Shown: positions 1 to 9,665, numbered from the stretch's first letter. The stretch is 37,978 nucleotides of DNA from an uncultured Dehalococcoidia bacterium (GCA_950072105.1 CATMOE010000035.1:1-37978); one strand, 5' to 3'. The notes: a model not told the origin generated them from the letters alone. A program made the numbers and translations.

Positions 1-20
1 CCCTGAGCCTGTCGAAGGGC
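1..20. repeat. Partial REP-like palindromic element at window edge
   Basis: CCCTGAGCCTGTCGAAGGGC; its reverse complement shares GCCCTTCGRCAGG with the element at 9429-9464. Confidence 0.5.
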
Positions 21-71
21 TGTGACTTCTGCTCCCAACAGGGTCCTATCGAGGACCGTCCTCCGGAATAG

Positions 72-839
72 CTAAACTATGTACTTGCCGCCTACCACGT
101 TAATCCGGTCACCGGTGATGTAGCCCGATTCGTCGGAAGCGAAGAACAAAACGGCGTTGGCAATGTCCTCCACTGTCCCCTGCCGGTGCATGGGAATCTC
201 CTTAAATGGGTCATCGGCGCCCCCGGACGTTCCGGGATGCTGGGGATACCATTCGGGCGACCGCCGCTCCGTATCGGTTGATCCCGGATTGACCATGTTG
301 GCCCGAACGTTGTACTCGGCCATTTCCGCGGCGATGGCCCTGATCAGTCCCAACAGGCCGGTCTTTGCCGCAGTGACCAGGGCGGTTCCCGGACGTCCGG
401 TGATTGCTGCCTGCCCGCCCAGAGCGACGATGCTGCCCGAACGACGCTCGATCATCCCCGGCAGAACCGCCCGGCACAGGTAGAAGGCCGAATCCAGGTT
501 AACTCCCATAACGTGATGCCATTCTTCATCGGTGATTTCAAGGATGGGCCGGTGGGGCCGGATGGCCACGTTGCTAACCAGGATATCCACCTTGCCTAAA
601 GCCTCGATACCCTCTGCCACCATGGACGAGACTCGCGCCGAATCGGAAACATCACCAAGAACGGTGTGAGTTTTGACCCCCAATTCCCGGCACTCGGCGG
701 CCACGGCATCCAATTCTTGCTGGTTAGTGCGGGTGTTCAAGATCACGTCGGCGCCCTCCCGGGCAAAGGTCAACGCGATCTCTTTTCCAATGTTACGGCT
801 GGCCCCGGTGATGAGGGCCGTCTTATTTTCCAGTCTCAT
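72..839 (-). CDS. SDR family NAD(P)-dependent oxidoreductase, atypical active site
   Basis: TGASRNIG Rossmann motif, VNPG and YITG motifs; YxxxK replaced by VTAAK. Confidence 0.92.
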   Translation of the reverse strand: MRLENKTALITGASRNIGKEIALTFAREGADVILNTRTNQQELDAVAAECRELGVKTHTVLGDVSDSARVSSMVAEGIEALGKVDILVSNVAIRPHRPILEITDEEWHHVMGVNLDSAFYLCRAVLPGMIERRSGSIVALGGQAAITGRPGTALVTAAKTGLLGLIRAIAAEMAEYNVRANMVNPGSTDTERRSPEWYPQHPGTSGGADDPFKEIPMHRQGTVEDIANAVLFFASDESGYITGDRINVVGGKYIV

Positions 840-927
840 GAGTCGTCCTCCGGATGAATCGGATTAAGCCTAGGAGAGACTAGCACAGACGAGAGATCCG
901 AACAAACGGATGCTTCAGATGCGGAGG

Positions 928-1680
928 CTATTCGCGAGAGGTAATAAACGACGCGACAGCGGTCCGGAAGGCGTCTGCTAAGGTCACTAGTGCGTGGGGA
1001 TGGCTCTGGGGGCCGGCTGTATCGTTCGTGGCCAAGTCCGCCAAAACAGCCAGGGTATCCGCGACGTCTCGCAAGCTCGACGATAATTCCGATGGCAAGT
1101 TCCGGACGGATCGAGGTAGGTCGGATCGTCCTCCAGGATGATCAGGGAGCTGAGGTACGGCTTGCCTTGTAGACGGATGACCTTCGGGTGCCGGGAAAAT
1201 TCTTTCCATGCCGTGTTGAGCTGATTCAAGGCTTTGGAGAGCCTTGATAGAGTTTTTCGCCCATTGCCATTGAACCAAGTCGTCAGCTTTGCGAAAGACC
1301 CCGATGGTGCCCAGTTCACCCAGCGGTTCTTGGGTTACCACCGCATCCAGGGCTACGTACAGCACCCGCGCATCCTTACGTCTAAGCCGGTATGAGGAGC
1401 TGTGAACCCGGCCTGATTCCCAGAACAAGGGGAGGGTGTCTGACAGTGATTGGATCCGGCACTCTTCGGTTAGGAAGCCGATGAACCGCTGTCCCACAAC
1501 CTCTTGGATCTCGTATCCCATGGCCGACAGCCATCGAGGGTTTACCTTGAGGATCACTCCCTCTTCGTCCACCGTGTACATCATCACGGGCACGATGTTG
1601 AAGATAACGTCAGCACTCTCGTTGATCAGTTTGGAGAAACTATCGGCTGCTGATATCCCTAATTGAGTGACTGTGTTCAT
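928..1680 (-). CDS. PAS-domain protein without recognisable output domain
   Basis: PAS pattern IFNIVPVMMYTVDEEG..VN..W..MGY..EVVG..RRKD. Confidence 0.7.
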   Translation of the reverse strand: MNTVTQLGISAADSFSKLINESADVIFNIVPVMMYTVDEEGVILKVNPRWLSAMGYEIQEVVGQRFIGFLTEECRIQSLSDTLPLFWESGRVHSSSYRLRRKDARVLYVALDAVVTQEPLGELGTIGVFRKADDLVQWQWAKNSIKALQSLESAQHGMERIFPAPEGHPSTRQAVPQLPDHPGGRSDLPRSVRNLPSELSSSLRDVADTLAVLADLATNDTAGPQSHPHALVTLADAFRTAVASFITSRE

Positions 1681-1961
1681 AAACTAACCTGCATGTCCAG
1701 GCTGGGGTAACCGGCGGTGCATGGCCGAGACTTGCTCTAGCAACCCTCTGCTGAGGCGCTGGCAAGGCCTCAGTGACGGCATTCAAGCAGGCCATCGGCT
1801 CCCTTCACCAACCCTGGGTCCTTGTCGCCAAAGACCCCGCCCATACCATGCCGCACCAACTATTCCATTCAAGCCGGCATCTTCCCAGTGCCAGAGTGGC
1901 CGTTTTGGACAGCGAGTTAGGCCGCCTGGATGGCCCATTTGGGCCATCCGGAAGCGCAAGC

Positions 1962-1990
1962 TTGACCGGTGGTGACTCCGGTGTGAGAAT
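1962..1990 (+). promoter_or_regulatory. Putative sigma70 promoter of FAH gene
   Basis: TTGACC-N17-GAGAAT upstream of SD GAGGAG. Confidence 0.35.
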
Positions 1991-2035
1991 TGGGGCGCAA
2001 CGACGATCTAAATCAATTGTTGAGGAGCTTCGGTC

Positions 2036-2818
2036 ATGAAATGGTGCAGATTCAGCACTGGAGACGGTATTTCTTACGGCATTATTGAAGGGGACAATGT
2101 CGTCGAAGTTGAGGGCAATCCCTTCGACGGTTACAACAAAACTTCCAAGAACCAACCTCTGGCATCGGTTAAGCTGGAAGTGCCGGTTATTCCACCTACC
2201 TTCTACGCCGCAGGGATCAACTACCCGGAGCACGTGACGTGGGCGGCCAAGATGCGCGGTGAAGAGCCGGTTCTTCCGGAGAAAGCGGATATCGGCTACC
2301 GCGCGATAAACGCTCTCGTTCCCAACGAACACCCGATCATCGTCCCCAAGGACGCCACCGAATTGGTCCAATACGAAGGAGAGTTGGTGGTCGTGATCGG
2401 CAAAGAATGCAAGAACGTTACCCAGGCGCAGGCATTGGACTACGTCCTGGGATATACCATCGGGAACGACGTTAGCGAGCGCACCTGGCAGCGGGGCGAC
2501 CGTACCATGTGGCGGGCGAAGAACACGGACACTTTCAAGCCCATGGGTCCCTGGATCGTTACCGACTTGGAACCCGACGATTTCCACGTAACCATCACCC
2601 TCAGCGATCGGGTGGTGGGGGAGTACGATGTGAAAACCGCGATCTTTGGGGTGCGGGAATACATCAGCGAGATGAGCCGGTACCTGACATTGGTGCCCGG
2701 CGATATCATATGGATGGGAACCGACGGCGCGACCGAGAACATGGTGGACGGCGATCTGGTTGAGGTGGAGATCAGCGACATTGGCGTGCTTAGAAACAAA
2801 GTGGTCTGGGAGAAATAG
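2036..2818 (+). CDS. Fumarylacetoacetate hydrolase family protein
   Basis: GINY..H, YEGELVVVIGK, GYTIGNDVSER, KNTDTF.PMGP, PGDIIWMGT motifs. Confidence 0.93.
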   Translation: MKWCRFSTGDGISYGIIEGDNVVEVEGNPFDGYNKTSKNQPLASVKLEVPVIPPTFYAAGINYPEHVTWAAKMRGEEPVLPEKADIGYRAINALVPNEHPIIVPKDATELVQYEGELVVVIGKECKNVTQAQALDYVLGYTIGNDVSERTWQRGDRTMWRAKNTDTFKPMGPWIVTDLEPDDFHVTITLSDRVVGEYDVKTAIFGVREYISEMSRYLTLVPGDIIWMGTDGATENMVDGDLVEVEISDIGVLRNKVVWEK

Positions 2819-2872
2819 CCTGGCTGTGCAGCGGCTGGGCTCAATCCGACGAATCAACGGTACGGTATCGGT

Positions 2873-2903
2873 ATTAAGGGGCGGCTCGAAGCCGCCCCTT
2901 AAT
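2873..2903. terminator. Perfect 14-bp hairpin between convergent genes (bidirectional terminator or REP)
   Basis: ATTAAGGGGCGGCT-CGA-AGCCGCCCCTTAAT; second hairpin CTAAGGACCG..CGGTCCTTAG at 2929-2955. Confidence 0.6.
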
Positions 2904-2958
2904 GATTTATCGACGAGACGCGGCCGGACTAAGGACCGGGCAGATCGGTCCTTAGAGC

Positions 2959-3342
2959 TTAAGCTTCTCCCGGGTCTTGGAATCCGGTTTCCGCGGCCCA
3001 AGCCTGGAGTCCACGGCGAAAGGCCAGGGCTCCCATGGGCGCGATGACCGCCTGAAGTGCTTCCAGTATCTCCCTGGGCGTGGCCCCCACGTCCAGCGCT
3101 ACTCGCACGTGGGCTTGGATCTGCTCAACGTCGGCCTTCAAAGCCGCCTCCACTACTATCTGGAGCAACTCCTTGGTCTTGCGGTCCAGCAGCCGCTGCC
3201 CAGTGTAGGTGGCCTGGATAAATTCGTTGTACTTAACGGCCCATTCCCGATCAACTTCCGCCATGATCCGGTGCATCTCCAGGGTGTAACCCCGGGTCTG
3301 CTCGGCGTTTTCAAGAAAAGAACGGCTATCGTCTGTGGACAT
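2959..3342 (-). CDS. Carboxymuconolactone decarboxylase (CMD/AhpD-like) family protein
   Basis: LDRKTKELL..HVRVALDVGATPREILEAL motif; start at ATG 3342 after SD GGAG; no CxxC. Confidence 0.85.
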   Translation of the reverse strand: MSTDDSRSFLENAEQTRGYTLEMHRIMAEVDREWAVKYNEFIQATYTGQRLLDRKTKELLQIVVEAALKADVEQIQAHVRVALDVGATPREILEALQAVIAPMGALAFRRGLQAWAAETGFQDPGEA

Positions 3343-3505
3343 GATTGGTTCTCCCAAGTAGAGCATTCAGCTAGCAGCGCTGGGTCCGCATTCCCATCTG
3401 GTCTAAAAATACGGTTGTTAGGTTGCTAGATTGTAGACCTAGGCGGCAAGCTCTTCTATAGGCTTGGTGGCCGGTAGCCGACCGGCCGAGGGGAAAATGC
3501 CTCCA

Positions 3506-3514
3506 TGATACAAT
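3506..3514 (+). promoter_or_regulatory. Extended -10 promoter
   Basis: TGaTACAAT about 65 nt before the methyltransferase. Confidence 0.4.
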
Positions 3515-3577
3515 CTAGCGAAACGGGGTTGGGACACGAAAGTCCTACCCAGATCCTGATTTTTCGAGAGGTGCGAC

Positions 3578-4216
3578 ACGGCGATTTCGTATCCTGAGGA
3601 GTCTTTCCAGCGAGAGGACGATAGCGACGACCGGCTTTTTTACGTAAATCCCCGGCTGGTGGTGCATATCGACGATCAGGCTATCGCCACGGTGAGCCGG
3701 ATCTTTCAGTCGTTTTTGCCAGAGGACTCGACAGTGCTGGATTTGATGAGCAGTTGGCGATCCCACTGGCCTCAGGGGCATCCCAAGGAAAAACTGGTGG
3801 GCCTGGGTCTCAATGCCCAGGAGATGGCGGACAATCCAGACTTGGACGAGTTCGTGGTCCACGACGTTAATCTTGAGCCCGCCCTTCCCTTCGAAGACGA
3901 GAGTTTCGACGGAGTGGTTATCACGGTGTCGGCCCAATACCTTACCAGCCCGGTGGAGACCTTCCGGGAGGTCAACCGGATCCTCAAGCCGGGCGGTGTA
4001 TTCATCGTAACTTTCTCAAACCGGATGTTTCCCACCAAGGCCGTTCGCATCTGGCGTATGGCAAGCGACCAAGGCCGGATGGACATCGTCATATCCTACA
4101 TGGAGTCGGCGGGCGGCTTTGAAGAGATCCGTAGCGGGTTCGTTAACTCGGACGAGAGCCCCCCTGACGACCCCATCTTTTCGGTCGTAAGCAACAAGTC
4201 CGGCGGTCCAGAATGA
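3578..4216 (+). CDS. Class I SAM-dependent methyltransferase (type 11)
   Basis: FQREDDSDDRLFYVNPRLVVHIDD, LDLMSSWRSH, FSNRMFPTKAV motifs; conserved N-terminus lies upstream of first GTG (3659), probable start ACG 3578. Confidence 0.85.
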   Translation, partial: TAISYPEESFQREDDSDDRLFYVNPRLVVHIDDQAIATVSRIFQSFLPEDSTVLDLMSSWRSHWPQGHPKEKLVGLGLNAQEMADNPDLDEFVVHDVNLEPALPFEDESFDGVVITVSAQYLTSPVETFREVNRILKPGGVFIVTFSNRMFPTKAVRIWRMASDQGRMDIVISYMESAGGFEEIRSGFVNSDESPPDDPIFSVVSNKSGGPE

Positions 4217-4265
4217 CCTGTCCTACTTCTATGGGGATCTCGGTTCTAGGACCGTCGAGGTAGTC

Positions 4266-6011
4266 ATGACGCGCATGTTTCGCCTGGCTCTGGCCCAGAT
4301 GAACCCCACGGTGGGAGACATAAAGGGCAACACGGCCAAGATCATGCAGTATCTGGAACAGGCGCGGGAATCCCAGGCAGACCTGGTTGCCTTTCCTGAG
4401 TTGGCTATCACCGGCTACCCTCCGGAAGACCTTCTCTTCAAGACCTCTTTTTTGAGGGATAACGTTGCCGCCATGGAGCAGGTGGTTGCCGCGTCCCAGG
4501 GCATCGCCGTGGTGGTGGGTTACGTGAAGATGGGGGCGGACATCTCCAACGCCGCCGCCCTAGGCTACGACGGAAAGCTGATCGATGTTTACGAGAAGAT
4601 TTACCTGCCCAACTATGGAGTGTTTGACGAAGACCGGTATTTCCGTCCTGGAACGGTCTGCCCGATGTACGTGGTGAACGGCGTTTCTGTGGGACTGGGC
4701 ATCTGCGAGGACATCTGGTCCCCGGTAGGGCCCATCACGGTCCAGAGGCAAGCGGGGGCTGAGCTGATCGTCAACATCAACGCTTCGCCATTTCATGCCG
4801 GCAAAAACCTTCAACGAGAAAAGATGATCGCTACACGGGCTTCAGACAACGAGTTGTTCGTCGCTTACCTGAACTGTGTTGGCGGACAGGACGAGCTGGT
4901 CTTCGATGGCGACAGCATGGTGATTGGCGCAAACGGAGATATGGTAGTCCGGGGCCCGGCCTTTGAAGAGGAGCTGTTGATCGTGGACCTGGATATTGAG
5001 GAGGTCTTTCGGTCTCGATTGCGTGACTTTAGTCTTAGAAAGGAAACCCCGACTATCTTGGAAGAGACCTGGGAATCGAAAACCATTCACGTATCCGATT
5101 ACGTTCCCCCAGACCGAAAACCGTTGGAGGTTACAGGCCTGACTCAGTGCTTGGATCCGGTGGAGGAGGTGTACCGTGCCCTGGTGCTGGGCACCAAGGA
5201 TTATCTGGGCAAAACCGGGTTTTCCAAGGCTTTGATCGGGCTATCGGGAGGGGTTGACTCGGCCCTCACCGCCACCATCGCCGTAGATGCCCTGGGCCCG
5301 GAAAACGTGGTGGGCATCGCCATGCCTTCCCGGTATTCCTCGGAGGGCAGCATCAGCGATGCCAAGGTGTTGGTGGACAATCTAGGCATGGAATTGTGGG
5401 AGGTTCCCATCGAGCGGGCGCACATAGCTTTCGCCGAAATGCTGGAGTCCAGTTTCCGCGACACCCAGCCCAACGTGGCGGAAGAGAACGTTCAGGCCAG
5501 GATACGTGGCAACGTCCTGATGACGATCTCCAACAAGTTCGGCTGGATGGTGTTGACCACCGGCAATAAGAGCGAGATGGCCATGGGATACGCCACGCTG
5601 TACGGCGATATGGCCGGGGGCTTCGCGGTAATCAAAGACGTGCCCAAGACTCTGGTATATCAGCTATGCGAATGGCGCAACCGGCATGGGGATCCCCCTT
5701 CGGTGATACCCCAGGCCATTCTCGACAAGCCGCCCAGCGCCGAGCTGAAAGAGGACCAGTTGGACCAAGATACGTTGCCGGTCTACGAAGTTCTTGACCC
5801 GGTGATTAAGGCCTACGTGGAAGACGACTGCGGCTACCAGGACATGGTGGACATGGGGTTTGATCCCGCGGTGGTGCGGCAGGTCATGTCCTTCGTCGAC
5901 CGCAACGAATACAAACGGCGCCAGGCCCCGCCGGGGGTTAAAATCACCCACAGGGCTTTTGGAAAAGACCGGAGATTGCCCATAGTCAATCGTTACCGGC
6001 AGGAACAATAG
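4266..6011 (+). CDS. nadE: Glutamine-dependent NAD+ synthetase
   Basis: Nitrilase domain (FPEL, KIYLPNYGVFDE, ICEDIW) plus SGGVDS, NVQARIR, TGNKSE, EYKRRQAP. Confidence 0.97.
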   Translation: MTRMFRLALAQMNPTVGDIKGNTAKIMQYLEQARESQADLVAFPELAITGYPPEDLLFKTSFLRDNVAAMEQVVAASQGIAVVVGYVKMGADISNAAALGYDGKLIDVYEKIYLPNYGVFDEDRYFRPGTVCPMYVVNGVSVGLGICEDIWSPVGPITVQRQAGAELIVNINASPFHAGKNLQREKMIATRASDNELFVAYLNCVGGQDELVFDGDSMVIGANGDMVVRGPAFEEELLIVDLDIEEVFRSRLRDFSLRKETPTILEETWESKTIHVSDYVPPDRKPLEVTGLTQCLDPVEEVYRALVLGTKDYLGKTGFSKALIGLSGGVDSALTATIAVDALGPENVVGIAMPSRYSSEGSISDAKVLVDNLGMELWEVPIERAHIAFAEMLESSFRDTQPNVAEENVQARIRGNVLMTISNKFGWMVLTTGNKSEMAMGYATLYGDMAGGFAVIKDVPKTLVYQLCEWRNRHGDPPSVIPQAILDKPPSAELKEDQLDQDTLPVYEVLDPVIKAYVEDDCGYQDMVDMGFDPAVVRQVMSFVDRNEYKRRQAPPGVKITHRAFGKDRRLPIVNRYRQEQ

Positions 6012-6055
6012 CGGTCCGCAGTTAGCTTTTCCCTCTAGCTTAGATGCCTTTCGGA

Positions 6056-8026
6056 TTAATCCAACTCCGCCACAATCTTGCCCATGTCTTCGGTGTGGTA
6101 GCCGCCCATGGCCTCAACTTCCTGCTTAAAGGCGGTGTCGTGTAATAGGGCTAACAAGGGCTGTAGCAGGTCACTTTTGTAGTGGATGCGAGGGATGACT
6201 AGGTCGTAACGCTCGTCCATCAGTGGTACAAAGTCCAGATCCAGTGCCCGGGCCGCGCTTAAGATGCCTAATCCGGTATCGGCCGAGCCTGCCTTTACCG
6301 CCGCCGCCACCGCCAAATGGCTGTATTCCTCTCGCTGATAACCCGAAACCTGCTCCGGTGCGACGTTCAACCCTTTCAATTTGTAGTCCAGGAGCACTCG
6401 GGTGCCTGAGCCTCTTTGCCGGTTGACGAAACGAATCTCGGGACGAGTTAGGTCTTCCAGGGCGTGGATGGCTTTGGGGTTCCCCGGTGGGACCATCAGT
6501 CCCTGGACCCGGCCTACCAAGTTGACCAGCACCACCGGAACTCCGGGTAGGTAGCGGCGTATATATGAGAGGTTGTATTCCCCAGTGGCTTCATCCAACA
6601 GGTGGGAACCGGCCAGGTGGGCCTCGCCCCGCTGCAAAGCGATGAGTCCTCCCAGGCTGCCGATGTGGGAGGAGGCCAGGCGCAGGCCTGGATCTGTCTT
6701 GCCCAAATGGCTGGCCAACAGGTCGAGCGTGAGGTCGTGGCTACCGATGGCCACGATGGTGTTCTCAATCTTTTCCAGTGGTTGCAGCAGTTGCACTTGC
6801 ACATTGGCTCCGGCGTCCAATCCTTCGGAGAACCGGGGAATGACCACCATGCCATCGGCCCGAACCAGGGACATGATTATTCCCGCGCCCCGCTGCAAGG
6901 GAGTCGCTACCATTTTTTCGCCTACTCGGCCAAGCTTGACCCGGAGGTATTCGTCCTCACCCAAAGGGGACAGTACTTTTCTAGTGATGCTGGCTCCGAC
7001 CGTCGGCCGGGCTTGCGGTGCTTGACCCAGCCATCTCTCCAACAAAGGCTTAACGAAAAGTTCGGCGGTCAAGACTGCCGATACGGGGTAGCCCGGCAGA
7101 CCGATGACCGGTTTGCCCTGGACCACTCCCAGAACGACGGGATGTCCCGGCCGAACCGCGACGCCGTGCACCAATAACTGGCCCAAATCTTCCACCACGG
7201 ACGCCGTGTAGTCTTCCGATCCGGCGGATGAGCCGGCGTTGATTATCACCAGGTCGTGGCCGTCCAGAGCGCCCAGGGCTGCATCGCGGATGTCCGGGAA
7301 ATCGTCGGGAACCGGTGGAAACCGTTGGCCGTCGCCGCCCCAATCCTGGATCAATCCGGCCAGCATGAGGGAGTTGAACTCCACGATGTCGCCGGGTTTC
7401 AAAGGGGAGACTTCTGGTGGGACCAGCTCGTTGCCGGTGGGAATGATGGCAACTTTGGGCCGCCGCCTTACCGGGATCTGGGTGACTCCCGCCGCGGCGC
7501 AGGCCCCCAGGTCCACGGGGGTGAGCCGGTGATTCTCCGGCAACACTAGTTCGGTGGCCACCAGGTCCTCCCCAAGCGTACGAACGTGCTGCCAAGGAGC
7601 CACCGGAGCCATGACCTGCACGGTTTGTTCGTCGATACGGTGAACGTGCTCGATCATGACCACGGCGTCGTATCCCGGTGGCATGGGGTCGCCGGTGTCC
7701 ACCCAGACAACTTGCGAGCCGACCGCCAGGTTCACCGGCGCGGTTTCGGTGGCTCCGTTGGTGTCCTCGGCCCGAACAGCGATTCCGTCCATGGCCGAGG
7801 CGTCGTAATGGGGTGATGACCTGGCAGCCCAAATGGGGCTGGCGGTGATTCTCCCCTGGGCCTGGTCCAAGGAGACCGTCTCCCCCGGCATGGGCGACAA
7901 GGAGCCGGCCTGCTCCAGCGCGTGGTAAAACCTCCGGCGCGCTTCATCTAACGGAATGTCGCTCAAGTAGTACCGGCGGCGGTCCTTGGCACCTGCGGGA
8001 GAGTCGCTGTCGCGGGACCGGGGCAT
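6056..8026 (-). CDS. Molybdopterin molybdotransferase MoeA fused to PBP/LysR-type substrate-binding domain
   Basis: SAMDG, TGNEL, PGYPVSA then GSHD, NRQRGSGTR, ERYDLVIP; alternative TTG start at 8032. Confidence 0.92.
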   Translation of the reverse strand: MPRSRDSDSPAGAKDRRRYYLSDIPLDEARRRFYHALEQAGSLSPMPGETVSLDQAQGRITASPIWAARSSPHYDASAMDGIAVRAEDTNGATETAPVNLAVGSQVVWVDTGDPMPPGYDAVVMIEHVHRIDEQTVQVMAPVAPWQHVRTLGEDLVATELVLPENHRLTPVDLGACAAAGVTQIPVRRRPKVAIIPTGNELVPPEVSPLKPGDIVEFNSLMLAGLIQDWGGDGQRFPPVPDDFPDIRDAALGALDGHDLVIINAGSSAGSEDYTASVVEDLGQLLVHGVAVRPGHPVVLGVVQGKPVIGLPGYPVSAVLTAELFVKPLLERWLGQAPQARPTVGASITRKVLSPLGEDEYLRVKLGRVGEKMVATPLQRGAGIIMSLVRADGMVVIPRFSEGLDAGANVQVQLLQPLEKIENTIVAIGSHDLTLDLLASHLGKTDPGLRLASSHIGSLGGLIALQRGEAHLAGSHLLDEATGEYNLSYIRRYLPGVPVVLVNLVGRVQGLMVPPGNPKAIHALEDLTRPEIRFVNRQRGSGTRVLLDYKLKGLNVAPEQVSGYQREEYSHLAVAAAVKAGSADTGLGILSAARALDLDFVPLMDERYDLVIPRIHYKSDLLQPLLALLHDTAFKQEVEAMGGYHTEDMGKIVAELD

Positions 8027-8028
8027 GT

Positions 8029-9267
8029 TCAATACAACCTAACCGAAACGTCTTCACCGGCGTACAACCCGCCCCGGTCCAAAGGCACGTGGACCAGGCC
8101 GTCGGAACGTATCAACGTGTAGATGAGGTTGGACTTTCCGAACACCGGATGAGCGACGCGACGCCCTTGATCTTCTTTCAGCCGGACTGGCACAAAGTCT
8201 TCCCTTCCCGAGGTGGAAGCGATATCTTGGGCCAAGTTGGCGGAGACGGTGGGATGCTCGGGAGGGTTGGCGCAGCCGGACAGATGGTAAAGGATGGGGC
8301 GTACCACTAAGTCGAAAACGACCATGGCGGAAACCGGGTTGCCCGGCAAGCCGAAGGCGGGTTTGCCGTTAACCAACCCGATGACGGTGGGCTTACCAGG
8401 TCTGATGGCCAGCCCGTGGACCAGCACCCCGGGTTGACCCAGGTTATCGATTATCTGGGCGGTCATGTCCCGGGAACTGACCGAGCTTCCGGCGGAGATC
8501 ACCAGCACGTCGGCCATATCTAGTCCGCGCATGGCGGCGCCGGTTTGCTCTTCGTAGTTGTCCTTGACGATGCCCAAAGGCAACGGGACGCCGCCCGCCT
8601 GTTCTACCAGGGCGGAGATGGTGTAGGTGTTGATGTCCCGGATCTGCCCCTCGGACGGGGTGGCTTCGGGGGCAACTACCTCGTCGCCTAAAGACAATAT
8701 GGCGACTCGGGGCTTGGCGGCCACGGAGACGGCGGTAATGCCCATGGCGGTCAGCCCGCCCAGGTCTTGGGGCCGCAGGTAGTGGCCCGCTGGAAGGATG
8801 ACTTCGCCTCGCTTGACGTCCTCGCCCGGCTGTACCACGTTCTCGCCGTGGGCTACCGGCCGGATCACTTCTATAGTAGTAGCGTCAACCTGTTGGGTGT
8901 TTTCCACCATGATTACGGCGTCGGCCCCGCGGGCCAGCATGCCGCCGGTATAGGCCAGGGCCGCGTTGCCTGTCCCCACGGAAACTCCCGCGGGCTTGCC
9001 CATGGGGACATCGCCCGCGATAGTGAAATAGGCCGGCGTCCCTTCAGACGCGCCGAAGGTGTCGGCGGCGCGTAGGGAGTAGCCGTCCATGGTCGAGCGA
9101 GGGAAAGATGGTAGGTCTTCCGTAGCGTGGGTTACCTGGGCGGTAACGCGGCCTAAAGCTTCGGTGATCGGGACATCCATCGCCGGGGAGACTGGCCGTG
9201 GTTCTAAGCGGTCCAGTAGGACTTTTAGCGCCTGGGCTGGGGGAAGGACGTTAAAAAACTCTGGCAT
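8029..9267 (-). CDS. moeA: Molybdopterin molybdotransferase
   Basis: RSTMDGY, TGGML, RPGKPT, LPGNPVSA; start set at MPEFF. Confidence 0.93.
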   Translation of the reverse strand: MPEFFNVLPPAQALKVLLDRLEPRPVSPAMDVPITEALGRVTAQVTHATEDLPSFPRSTMDGYSLRAADTFGASEGTPAYFTIAGDVPMGKPAGVSVGTGNAALAYTGGMLARGADAVIMVENTQQVDATTIEVIRPVAHGENVVQPGEDVKRGEVILPAGHYLRPQDLGGLTAMGITAVSVAAKPRVAILSLGDEVVAPEATPSEGQIRDINTYTISALVEQAGGVPLPLGIVKDNYEEQTGAAMRGLDMADVLVISAGSSVSSRDMTAQIIDNLGQPGVLVHGLAIRPGKPTVIGLVNGKPAFGLPGNPVSAMVVFDLVVRPILYHLSGCANPPEHPTVSANLAQDIASTSGREDFVPVRLKEDQGRRVAHPVFGKSNLIYTLIRSDGLVHVPLDRGGLYAGEDVSVRLY

Positions 9268-9428
9268 AAGACGCGGACCTAGGGGGCTATAAACAACGCT
9301 CAAGTCATGCGGGATAGTGCCGGTGGGATGGATTCGGCCAAAAGTATTATACCTGGTGCCGATGGGGTCTATTCATCGCGGTTTGGCGGGCGGTGCGACC
9401 AACCAGGTCCGGCGCCGGGGCAAAGTCT

Positions 9429-9464
9429 CCTGGGTTCCCCTCCTGCCGAAGGGCCGAAATGACG
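9429..9464 (-). repeat. Partial copy of REP-like element
   Basis: Reverse complement CGTCATTTCG-GCCCTTCGGCAGGAGGGG resembles CGTCATTCCG..GCCCTTCGGCGGAAGGG at 30067. Confidence 0.5.
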
Positions 9465-9538
9465 GGACGCGGTCGATGAATCGCTGGCTGGTGGGTCTTT
9501 TGGATAGTAAGTATGACGAAGCCGTGGATGAGAGAATG

Positions 9539-9567
9539 TTGACATTGTTATGTAAGCAACGCAGAAT
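9539..9567 (+). promoter_or_regulatory. Putative sigma70 promoter of sat
   Basis: TTGACA-N17-CAGAAT. Confidence 0.5.
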
Positions 9568-9665
9568 TACCTCTTGGACTATCGGGGCTACCCAAGCCCG
9601 TTTTTACCTGGCGGCGTAGCGCCGAACCCACGATAAGATTCCATCTAGCGAGCGGTGGCATAGCA

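Noticed and set aside
1874..1901. GCCACT..CTGGGAAG on the minus strand, resembling part of a cobalamin riboswitch
   Set aside because: The other conserved blocks (GGGAA..GGTG, GCnACTGT, B12 box) are absent and the downstream gene is unrelated
1805..3001. 398-aa minus-strand ORF and many other long overlapping ORFs
   Set aside because: Antisense or alternative-frame shadows of well-supported genes in GC-rich DNA, with no motifs
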